From the NCBI GenBank assembly GCA_951406725.2, contig OX597817.1, positions 162,564,001-162,628,000 on the forward strand: 64,000 bases of DNA. The letters run 5' to 3'. The first letter of the stretch is position 1, and every line of letters starts with the position of its first letter. The notes beneath the pieces were generated by a model. The model did not search any database. It saw nothing but the letters and a program-made list of their open reading frames with translations, and was not told the origin of the DNA. This document shows positions 33,102-46,000 of the stretch, piece after piece. The translations under genes were made by a program, and so were the position numbers. Source of the DNA: Octopus vulgaris (lineage: Eukaryota).

Positions 33102-36100
33102 CTAAAAGAGAGAGAGAGAGAGAAGAGATTATAACAAACGTACAAGACATAGTTTAACACATAATGCTAACGACCAAATTGACTTACCACTGCATTCTAT
33201 ATTTAATTTAAATTCAGGGGGATTGTCTTCCGTCTTCAATGGAATTCATTATTTACATACTGTCTGGGATACAAATGAGTGAAAGTCTGAGTTCCTACAA
33301 GAACTATAGCTTTAACCTAGTAAAGCCATTATTTGCTTATTGAAATAGAAATAATTATCAAGGTCTGCCTTGATAATTATAAGTTAGAACTGTTGCGTAT
33401 GGTTTGTATCCAGTGTCAGTCAATTATTTCTATTTCAATAACCAAATAATGGCTTTACTAGGTGAAAGCTATAGTTCTTGTAGGAACTCAGACTTTCATT
33501 TTGTCTTGATAAGTGACCAACTGTAGATTAACACTTTCCAACATTCCACTGGGGGTTTCGCTACTCTCCACAATTATTTCCACTTTAATTTAAATCGAGA
33601 TTATTATTATTTTTTTTTACTAATATTATTTTAAATGCACCATCATCATTTGCATCAAATTTATACTTTAGATACAGTCATGAGGGTAGACACAAGAATA
33701 ATCAAAACCAAATCACCTGAATAACGCAACAGTTCTTACAATGTCATCCAGCTACGGTGTGGTGTCCTTCTTCAACCCAATGAACCAAATAAGCAAATGT
33801 GTGGAAGTGCAAAGTGATCTATTCACACATTATTGCCAATCATTGTAAAAAAAAATATTAATTTTTCACGTAATAGGTTTTACAGAAGTGGACATTCGAA
33901 ACCCAAGGACAAGTAATAATGTTTTCTATCACTAAATCAAGTGATTTAGATCCCACTTTGCTATTTAGTTACTATCCTTTGGTTACAACTGCTCCCAACA
34001 TTACTTACTTCACCTAGGTTAACAGAAACTATCAGTTATATCCAGCGAACTGAATAATTACTAGACTTCTTTTCAAAAGTGCTCTTACATATGTGCATCA
34101 AGCATATATAAAACTGTGGCCTTTTCCTTTGAGTATTTAATACATGCACAGAATCACATATCTAGCAAGCCCATTGCCGAGTGACACTGATTTCATGCCC
34201 TCTTTTACTAACCACTACTACTACTACTTGAGTTTTTGCTATACTGATTTTTATGCCTTTGGACCACACTTCCAGATTTGGAAGTCTTTCCGCAACACTG
34301 ACAAATTCTGCTATGAGAACCAAATCATCAGCATATAAAAGCTCTCAAGGACAGCAGACCTGAACTTTGGTAACTGCTTCAGATTATCCTACTAAATTAA
34401 CTCGCTATTATTTAGGCAGACTGAATGAAGTAGAACACCTCACTCAACTCCTGTAACAGTTTTCAAACCTATACTCCAATTATGTCTTACTTCACAATGA
34501 CCTGTCACTGTGGTTGTGATTTAATTATCCATCTTTCAACCATAGCCATGTTGTCTATCTATTTCACATATACAGAGAAATAATAAAAATTTGATACAAG
34601 TGTAGAACGAAAACCAACTAGTTGCTGAGCAATCACTATTTAACAGTTATATATCAGAGTTTTTCTTTTTCAAAGACCATTGGCATAAAAGAGTTATTTG
34701 AATTTTTAAAATTTAGTTTATATCACAATTAGGGAAAAATAGCACTACAGGTTCCTAATGGTTCAATCACTGACTCCCCAGATTTCTGATGGCAGGAGAG
34801 ACAAGGGAGTGTCTATAGCTCAGTGTAGAACAAATATCACAAGCAGCTTCATTAAAAAAAACACTGCCTTTTCGGTTATTACACTGGTGTCTACATCCAT
34901 TGGCAATATACACTGGTAACAGATACAGGACACATTGTATATTGGTTTCAAATTTTGGAACAAGGCAGGCAATTTCATGGGAAACCCCAGCACTCATCTG
35001 GTACTTATTTTATCAACTCCAAACGGATGAAAGGCAAAGCCAACCCCAGTGGCATTTGAACCCAGAATGTAAAGTCAGAAGAAATGCCACTAAGCATTTT
35101 GTCCAGTGTGCTAATGATTCTATTGGTGCACCTCCTTAGGATACACATATTGGTGAAACTAAGGCCATAGAATAAGATAATTGCTTGTGGTGGCACAAAG
35201 TGGGATTGAACCTGACATCACGTGGTTAACCATAGCACAGCCATGCCTGCACATACCTATGATTTTACCTGCACACTAGAAATAATACTAGAAACAAACT
35301 TTGTAGCACCAATACAGACTATACAATAGTTGAACCAAAACAGTAAGAAAATAAAGAATAGAAGAAACATTTATTAGTCAGACTGGATCTGTGACAGAAC
35401 TACAGATGGCACTCTTCCAATGGAGAATAATTTTAGATGACAAATGCATACAAACCAATTAATTCACTTTATAAGTAAACAAACCAAACTGAAGAATAAT
35501 CAAAAAGTTAAGAGTTTTACACTTACCACATCATCAATTTTCATGATACTTCGGACAGTTTCAGTTGACAAATATATAGCACTTGTGGAGACTAGTAAAG
35601 GCTGGACAACATTTTCTTCCAAAATATTAGTTATAGCACCCTGGAAAATATTAAGCAAAACATTAATTTGATATATTTGAAAAATAGACAAAGCCAAATC
35701 TACTGTGAGTGAAGATTCCTTTAGCTATCAAATAAACTGATGCATGTAAAAGAAACTTACCTTCCTCACGTTTATGCCAGCATCTCGTTCACCTTTGGCA
35801 TATCGGTTTCTAAGTTCAGTGACTGTAGCGACAGGATTTAGGCCAGCATTCTCAGCCAGAGTGTAAGGTATGACCTCCAGGGCTTCAGAAAATGCTCGGA
35901 AACAATATTGTTCCATGCCAGTTTGGTTACTAGCCATCTGCATCAGACGGAGTGCCATGTAGATTTCTGGAGCACCACCACCAGCTACCACGGCTCTGCA
36001 AAAGAAAGGAAAAGTGAGCATCTGCTGTTTAAAGTAAATTAAAGACTTGCAAAAGAACCCTTCAATGTTTGAGACTAGTTTCATAAACTATTTGCAACTT

Positions 36101-36942
36101 TACTTTATTATTTATTTATGCGCCCTTTTCAAGTCTACCCAGGCTTATGGGCCCAGTTTCTGTGGCGTATGTGTTCACCCCAGCTGGACGGGATGCCAGT
36201 CCATCGCAGCGTTACCCAAGAAACAGGAAGAGTGAGAGAAAGTTGGAGCGAAAGAGTACAACAGGGGTCACCACCACCCCCTGCCGGAGCCTCATAGAGC
36301 TTTTAGGTGTTTTCGCTCAATAAACACACACAACACCCGGTCTAGGAATCAAAACCGCGATCCTCCGACCACAAGTCCATTGCCCTAACCACTGGGCCAT
36401 TGCACCTCCACTTACTTTATTTACTGATATATTAAAGTGACGTATCAAATAACTTAAGAGGTTTTTAAATCTTATGGATTATTTTGTCTCAACACTAAAA
36501 TCTAATATGCAAAGCTATATTAGATTTTGATCACGTATCAGGATATTAAATGAACTGAGTCAATACATTATATAGCTTACTAAATCCCAATTATTGAATT
36601 TATGGTAAAAACATTTTCACATCCTCTATCTTTGTTTACCTTTTGAGCAGTAATTAGCCCTTGTTGCAATAATATGGAAGACAGGCATCAAAATAAATGA
36701 AAGTAAACAGTGAAATGGGTTTGACCCACAATTGGCCTTGTTGCTTCTAAAAACTTTGGAAGAGATATTTAAACACCATGGCTTACGCTCGACCTTTATT
36801 TGTAGTTTGTCATCTTTCTGTTTTTTTTTATATAGATTTTAATGCAGTGAATTAATTCTTACAATTATTGCAGGTACTCTCAGAGTTGTAAAAGTAGATG
36901 TGGAGAGGGTGGAGACAGGAAGGGAGCTCTAGCTCTGAAATC

Positions 36943-37000
<58 letters not shown>

Positions 37001-40000
37001 AGGCATGATGTTTGATGTAAAGGTTTTAGAGCACAACTGACAAAAAGAGAAACATATATGTGAATTAGGTGGGTGTACTTAATAGATGCTGCAGGAACAA
37101 GAATAGTGTATCTAAGGTAATTAGTAGCACTAATTATGAGGCGGCGAGCTGTCAGAAACGTTAGCACGCCAGGCAAAATGCTTAGCGGTATTTCGTCTGC
37201 CGCTACGTTCTGAGTTCAAATTCCGCCGAGGTCAACTTTGCCTTTCATCCTTTCAAGGTCAATAAATTAAGGACCAGTTACGCACTGGGGTCGATGTAAT
37301 CGACTTATTCTGTTTGGCTATCCTTGTTTGTCCCCTCTGTGTTTAGCCTCTTGTGGGTTATAAAGAAATAGGTAATTAGTAGCACTGAGTAAAGGTTTGC
37401 AATTAGGTAGATAAGGTTTAGTTTAGTCTGTGTTTGCATGTGTGCACAAAACAGCTGCTCCTATCCAGTATAAGGTACACTGTAGCTCTGTGTGGTTTCA
37501 GTAGTAATTCAGAGCTTAGTGTTTAGCTCTGAAAAAAATACCTAGCCTTTTGAATGCACTTTTTGGCCGATATAGCTATGTGACAACCAGAATGATTAGT
37601 ATACAATGTAAGTTTGAGGGTGTTATCTCTGTCATTCATAAAGAAGGCTAAGTAGTACTGTGAGGTTGTTTCTTTGATCTTTAGTGAAATGGTTTGGGTA
37701 CTGTTAAAAGCAATTAGGCTGTCATGTCCTAATCAAGGATGTTTTCAATGTCTTTACTTATTAAAGTAGGCATTTCAGTGAAAGCTTATCTAGGAGTGGA
37801 AGCTGACATTATCTAGAAAGGAGTGTTTGGTTTAATCCTTTCATTACCAACCCAGCTGAAACCGGCTCTGGCTCTGAGTACAAATGTCTTGTTTTTATAA
37901 GTTTTGAATTAAAATCTTCCACCAAACCATAGCCACAATTTATGTTCCTAACACTAGCTTAATGATAACTAAGTTATTTTACTAAATTCTTTGTTATATT
38001 TAAAGTAATTCAAAGAAACACAGAGCATCTCTAAATAAATACGTTAACGAAAGGGTTAACCCTTTCATTACCAACCTGGCTGAAACTGGCTCTGGCTCTT
38101 TAGTATATAAATGTCTTGTTTTCATAAGTTTTGAATTAAAATTTTCCACCAAATCTTAGTTATAATTGATGTTCCTAACACTAAGCTGAATGATAACTAA
38201 GTTATTTTACTAAATTTTTTGTTTGTTATATTTAAAATAATTGGAAGAAACACAGAACATCTCAAAATAAATACAGTAATGGTGGAAGATTTGAATTCAA
38301 AACTTATGAAAACAAGATTTTTATACTAAAGAGCCAGAGCATCTCAAAATAAATACAGTAACGAAAGGGTTAAAGTGAAAGGAAGTAGGTAGGTCCTTTA
38401 AGTAAGCAAGAGAGTGTGAGGAGTCATAAATAGGAAACTACTTGAGTGTGATATATGACCTGTTTTAGTGTTATATGCCTAAACCAGTATACATTGAAAC
38501 TATCAGTGGAAAAGGTAATTGTTCAGCCCTTTTGAGACCAACCCACCTGAAACTGCCTTTGGTTCTCCAACACAAATTCCCCGTTTTTCAAGTAAAATTC
38601 CATCAAAATTTTATGTTATGCTCTCTGCACCAGCTTAATAACAACAAAGTTATTTTACTAAATCCTTCAATACTTTCAATACATACAAGGTCTGATCAAT
38701 AAGTATCCTGACTTTTGCCATAGTAACGAAGCTAAAACACGCAGAGTAAAGCCACTTGGCAAAAACTGACCTTGAACTCTGCTGTACATGCATACTAGCT
38801 GCTTGGAAGGAAGGTGTGTAGCGTGTGATCATTGTATTGACCAAGACAAAGAAAGTTGTCATGGCGATACCTGCTCAGAGGCATACGCAAAGTTGCAAAA
38901 AGTGTATGGAGAGGAGCATATGAGCCACACGCAAGATGCTTCCAAGATGACCACAAAAATGTTGATGTTGCCAAACGTTCTGGGAGACCCACAACCAGCA
39001 GAACTGAGGAAAACATTGCAGATGTGTATGCAGCTGTGAGGGGAAAATCATCAAATCAGCATCCATGAGTTATCAGAGGATGCGCAGATTAGTTACGGTT
39101 CAGTTCAGTCCATTATCACTGAAGATTTGGGTACAATAAGCGTGTCTGCCAAAACTGACTTCAGCTGACCAAAAACGACACTCGGGTTTCAGTTGCACAA
39201 GATCTTCTTGATTATGTTGAGAGTAACGAAAGCTTTTTTAAAACTTTGTGTAGGCCTCTGAGGTATCGCCAAGCTCTTGGCAAAATTAGAGGCAGATTCT
39301 CTGCTCAACTCTGTCATGGTCAATGCAACAATCAAACACTATACACCTTCCTTTCAAGCATAGCTGTAAACAGCAGAAATAAACTAGAATTCTTAAACTT
39401 AGTATGCATGTACAGCAGAGTTCAAGAGAAATCTGTACTAAATGGCTTTATTCTGTGCTTTAGCTTTGTTATCATAGCAACAGTCCGGATACTTACTGAT
39501 CAAACCATGTACACACATATATACACACTCAAGTTCATGTACAGAAAGTTATAGTGGAAGTAGTGAATGTCAAATATTGAACAGAGTAGAGATAGTTAAC
39601 TCTCTTCCTGTACTCACCCACCTTTACCAATTCCTTTATCACATAAAAAAAAAATTTATTAGATAAAATTAATGGTTTTATATTAAACTAGCAGTATTGC
39701 CCGGCGTTGCTTGGGTTTGTTTTGACCCTTTAGAATTGGAATTTTTGAAAAGTAAAAATTTTGCATTATGTAGTTTGTTATTCTCTTTAAGTGAACATTT
39801 TTCTGGTTGAAATACACCAAAAAATGGCGACACAACAGTAAAAAAATCGTAAAAAATAGGGATTTTCATAGAAAAAAAAGCATCTTTTTGATGTAAATAA
39901 TTTTTGGTGTTAACATGGTCCGATTTGAATTTTTTCTTCTAAGGAAGGAAGAGCAAGCCTTCTTCTATCATACTCTCAATTTTGGTCAACTTGCGCCGCA

Positions 40001-43000
40001 GGGTCTCAGAGGAGATAGTGTTAGTTGAAGGCTACCAAACCTGCCTTACACAGACAACTTCAGCTTTATATATATAGAGATTACTATCAGTGTAATTAAA
40101 AATCACCCCAAAACAGTTGCTACAGTGGACCCCCAAATTTTCTCTAGGATGAGAATTGCAATTAAGGAGCCTGTAAGATTAGAGAAAAGAGAGCAACTTA
40201 CTTTTTCTTTACCAAGCAGCGAATGACACAGAGAGCATCATGTATAGATCGGTCGGCTTCTTCCAGAACCAATTTATTGGAACCCCGAATTAAAACAGAT
40301 ACAGTTTTACCTTGATTAGCAATTCCAGTTATCTAAAGGAAGAAGAAATGTAAGGGTTGAAAAAGGTGACAGAAAAGTCAAACTCATATAGCTTACATAG
40401 AAAACATGTAACATAGGCACAAGATCACAAATGTTGGGATGGGATGTAGTAAATTATGCAGATTTAGTACTGCTTTCTTTTATTCATATGATAGACAGAA
40501 ACTTAAAGTCAGTCATATCTATACATTGTGCATGTGTATATATACCTTTTAGTTGTTTCAATCTTTTGACTGCAGCCATGCTGGACCACTGCTATGAGGG
40601 GTTTTAGTTAAAGAAATCAACCCCAGGATTTATTCTTTGTAAGCCTAGTATTTATTCTATCGGTCTTTTTTGCCAAACTGCTAACTTACTGGGACATAAA
40701 TACATCAACACCGGTTGTCAAATGGTGATGGACACACAAACACACACACATATATGACGGGCTTCTTTCAGTTTCCAAATCCATTCACAAGACCTTGGTC
40801 GACCTGAGACTACAGTAGAAGACACTTGCCCAAGGTGCCATGCAGTGGGACTGAACCCGAAACCATGTGATTGGGAAGCAAGCTTCTTACCACACAGCCA
40901 TGGTTATAAAAGAGCATCATTGTCATACAAGCGAAGTTGTTGGTTTCCAGTTTTCTGCTGAAAATCTACCTAAAAAAAAAAATTTCATCTGACCCATGCT
41001 AGGATGGAAAAGCTAACGTTTAGTGGTAAGCACTCACATCCATGGTCTCAGAATAAAAATAAACCAATTATGTGGTTATTTATATTTAATGGATATTTGT
41101 TCCTCTCTTGTTTGTTGTTGACACAGCATTTCATCTGATATACCCTCCAGCCTTCATTAGGTGTCTTGGGAAAATTTTGAAACTGGGTTCTCATTAAGGT
41201 ATTTTTCAGTGTTATTATTATAATCATTATTCAGGTCACTGCCAGGAATTGAACTCAGAATCTTGGGGTTAGTAGCCCACGCTCTTAATGTGGCATAGTG
41301 GTTAAGAGTGCGGGCTACTAACCCCAAGATTCCAAGTTTAATTCCTGGCAGTGACCTGAATAATGATTATAATAATAACACTGAAAAATACCTTAGGAAT
41401 GAGAACCCAGGTTCAAAATTTCCCAAAGACACCTGATGAAGGCTGGAGGGTATATCAGCCGAAACGCTAAGAATAAACATGACGAGGACAAATATCCGTC
41501 AAATGTAAATAATTCCTCATCTCCTAAATATAGAACTGTAATTATGTGGTTCAATTAATTTTAAATATAATTAAGTGTTACAAGTGGGATTTAGTAAAGT
41601 AACTAAATTTTTATTTGGAACACAATTTATGGCAAACTTTCACTGAAATCTCACATTATCTTTCATTTAATAATGAGATTTACTTTATAACAAACACGAC
41701 ATAAATAGGATTAAGCAAGTTGGATATAAGTCTTTTCCTTAATTTCGTTTGCTGTCTCTTCAGCCTAGAAACATTTTATAGTTCTAGAGTAATGAACAAA
41801 ATATGTGCAAACATAAGTTGGATGGTTTAGTAACTTATAAATATCAAATAGAACTGATACAACTAATGGTTAACAAAACTAGTCTAAATTTCCTAGACAT
41901 TCTTCAAATGAAATATTACCAAAGTTAAAAGTCATGAAATCTGTTACATTACCTTGACAATTTTGCCACCACCGCTATCCACTTCCTCAACCAATTCAGC
42001 AGATCCGAGACTTTCAGCAACAAAATGGTCAAGACTGGCAATTGGACGGCAACCTAAACTCTGCAATGCAAAAAATATTAACTCCATGTAGTAAAACCAC
42101 AATTAAACTTTTCAAAACAGAACAATATCAGAGGGTTAAGAAAGTGCTCTTTTTATTTCATATTGTTTTACAGGTATTTTCCAATGCCTAGGGTTTCTAA
42201 AGTCTCGAGTAGATTAACATTCTCTTGATAAGAACTTTGGTCATAGTGGACTATCTCACAGTTAGTACCTACCTACTATCAGTGCTACTGTTATATAGAT
42301 CAAAGTGGTGCCTAAGTATATGAAAATTGTGACTATCCGTGTAGAAAAATAGCCTACCCAGAAGTGAAGTTTAATACACACATTAGTTATGGTAAGGACT
42401 AATAACAGAAATGTTATATGTATGCACATAGAGAAAGTAAAAGTGGAATTATTAGATGTCAGAGATTGTAGATACAGCTATTGGGATTTAAGTCCTGCCA
42501 CTGATACATGCAGCACTAGTGACAGGATACAATCATCTACTGATCTCTCAGTTGTATGGCACCTACTGATGCATATTTTATTAATGATCACATGACCAAA
42601 ACCCAAAACAACAATGCCCTTTTATCAGGTCTTTTATTGTCTCAATTGCCTTTGAAAAATACAATGATTTATTAGAGAGTTACAAAAAGAAAAAAAAAAA
42701 ACTGATATTCATGCCTTTCCTAATAGCATTAAGGAGCATAACTAAACAAGTATAGAGGAATCAAATTGGGCACTGAAATTGGCTTGCAGACTAGGTTGGT
42801 CACCGCTTTCTCGAAATTGCTTACCACTTTCATGTATGCAACATTATTTTAGACTCTAGGATATCTAAAAGAGAATGATCCGATCACATACAAATGCACT
42901 AAATATAATTGCCATCACAGCTTTGAAAACGTGAAATTTCACAGATCTAACTGCTTCAAGAAATGTTCTTTGAAGAAATTATTTAAATATCATTTAGGAA

Positions 43001-46000
43001 TAGTATCCAATTTTTCCTTTTAATTTCTTTCTTTTTTTTTTTTTTCATTATGGCTGGGTTTCAACCCAATTTCAGCTGTTTTTTTGGAGCTTGACTTAAA
43101 ATGAGAATTCTCAGTAATTAATTCACACAACCACTAATCTAAACAAGACGAAAAAAAAAATTAAAAAAACCCCAAAGTCATGAAGTTACTGCTCTGTCCC
43201 ATTGAAATATATAAGCCAAGTAAGGATGGAAAGAAAAAACAAAACTCTACCTTGCAGACAAATTCAATGCCTTCTCTTTCGATATCTTTGATGACCATAA
43301 TCTTCATTTTGGCCAAGAAATGTAAAGCAAGGTCACTGACCGCATCCCTGAAACAACCGATACAAACAGCATGTGTAGATTTTGATGGTCAGTTTTGTGA
43401 AGAAAACAAAAATAACTAAAACCCAAATATAGCACTGGTACTTATTTAATCAATTCCCAAACAAATGAAAGTCTAAGGTCATTGAGATAATGGGGTAGAT
43501 GCCAACGAGTAGCTAAGTACCAGGCTATCCTCTAGCACTTAGTCTTACAGACACTGATCTGCCGAGTCAGTGATATTCTTGACTACACTACTTCAATATA
43601 TTCTAGTAAGTGGTATACTATATCACAGTAACACTCAATATATTTGTTATGTGAAGGTAGTTTCTATATACTTTCTGTTCAGTAAACTATTAAGAAACTT
43701 CTGGCTTCAATTTGAACGGAGGAAATATGCTGTGCTTGAGAAGACTCGGCAAGCCAAGCGAGACCATAATCTCGTGGCCTATGCCACAGGTGTAACCAGC
43801 CCACTTATGCGTACCTTTCCTTCATTGGACACCAAACTCTAATTGCGAAGACCTGTTGAGACAAGTGAAATCGAAATCAAATTCGATGACTGGTATCCGT
43901 GCTAGTGGAGCGCTAAGAGCACCATCCGAGCGTGATCATTGCCAGAGCAGCTAACTGGCTTCTGTGCCGGTGGCATATAAAAAGCACCATTCGAGCGTGA
44001 TCGTTAGCAGCGTCACCTTACTGGCACCTATGCCGGTGGCACATGAAAAATATTCAAGCGAGGTCGTTGCCAGTGCTGCTGGACTGGCTCCTGTGCAGGT
44101 GGCACGTAAAAAACACCATTTGACTGTGGCCATTGCTTGTATTGCCTGACTGGCCCTCGTGCCAGTGGCATGTAAAAGCACCCACTACACTCTCGGAGTG
44201 GTTGGCGTTAGGAAGGGTATCCAACTGTAGAAACTCTGCCAGATCAGATTGGAGCCTGGTGCAGCCATCTGGTTCACCAGTTCTCAGTCAAATCATCCAA
44301 CCCATGCTAGCATGGAAAGCGGATGTTAAATGATGATGATGATCTGTAATTGATAACCTGTATTCTTCTATTACCTATATCTTGTGTGTTTCTAGAGTAT
44401 AGTGAAATAACCAAAGCTGGCCTTTAAAACAGAAAAATAAATAAATAAATACAAAAACCGAATAAATTATTTCAAAGGAGGGGAGATACGCATATGATAG
44501 TATAATTCAAGGGAGATAACTTATATAAGCTAATTTTAAACCTAGCATAACTGCATACTATATTCTTTGTTTTTCTTGTAGGCTACATTATTATACTCAC
44601 GTTGGACATTTTTATTACAGTTATTTCTTGAGCTGCTAACTTACTTTTAATATACAGTAATGTTTTCTGCAATAGCTAAGGCACTTTTCTAATACAATAC
44701 TAGATTGTTTTAAATGCTTTAATGCACTTAATACATTTCCCCTTGAATATATGCTGTTGAAATTAGGATGCATTGAATATGCCCATGTATCTTTTAAGCC
44801 ATCAAATATGGGTCAATATAAAGTGTGAAAGGAGAAAACAAACAACTGACCTTAAAATAGATTTTTGAATGAGTAATACAGTACAGCCAGCTTTTTTGAT
44901 TTGTTTGACAATATTGAGAAGATACTGCCTCTCCTCCTTCAAAACACGATCCATCTGAGAATAATCAGAAACAACTACCTGGTTGTCCATCTGAAATGGA
45001 AAGGCAAATTAATTTTACTAACTGTTGTGATTAAAAAAAAACAAAAAAACAAGGAGGGAGGAGTGTAGTAAAATACCTACGTTTGTCTTTGGTGGAGAAA
45101 TACAGAATTGGATTAGCCCAATTTTGGCCTTTTCAACACGGCTTGGTCCTCCAAATCCAGCTGTCTTTTGGTTGAATACAAGACCATCAATCAATTCAGT
45201 GTCATCAACTGTACCACTGTAAGGAGAAGAAAACATTCAATGCATAACATTTCTTGTATGTGAATATGTGTTGGCTTCTGTGCCGGTGGCACGCAAAAAG
45301 CACCATCCAATCGTGGCCGTTGCCTACCTTGCCTGGCTTCCGTGCCAGTGGCACGTAAAAAGCACCATCCGATCATGGCTGTTTGCCAGCCTCGTCTGGC
45401 ACGTAAAAAGCACCCACTACATTCATGGAGTGGTTGGCGTTAGGAAGGACATCCAGCCGTAGAAACATTGCCAGATCAGACTGGGCCAGGTGCAGCCTTC
45501 TGGCTTCCCAAACCCCAGTTGGACCGTCCAACCCATGCCAGCATGGAAAGCGGATGCTAAACGATGATGATGATGATGTATGTACACACACAGCATTTAA
45601 TGTCTGTTTTTCTATGCTGGCACAAGGGAACCTGTGGAAGGAGTAAACTCAGGGAGACAGGGGACGAAGTGGTGAGAAAGGATCTTCGGATGCTGTGCCT
45701 CACTGGAGAAAAAAACAAGACAATGGGAGTTGTGGCGATTTGCTATACTTGAGAAGCTGCATCAAACCAAGTAAAATCACTGTCATCCATATATACAGGC
45801 TTGTCTTTTACAGGTGTCAGTGTTGCAAAAATGTGCCTGTGTTGGTGGTACATAAAAAGCACCCAGCACACACTGTAAAGTGATTGGCATTAGTAAGGGC
45901 ATCCAGCTGTAGAAACCATGCCACAGCAGAGAATTGGAGTCTGGACAGCTGTCAAACAGACCAATCCATACCAGCTTGGAAAATGGAAGCTAAATGACAA

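Noticed and set aside
34741-34830. Hairpin in CCT4 intron 13 as an intronic snoRNA or tRNA fragment
   Set aside because: No convincing H/ACA or C/D boxes on the sense strand, and no B box.
41289-41357. tRNA-Ser-like gene
   Set aside because: ACT anticodon, poor acceptor stem and embedded in a TSD-flanked element; it is a SINE-like head.
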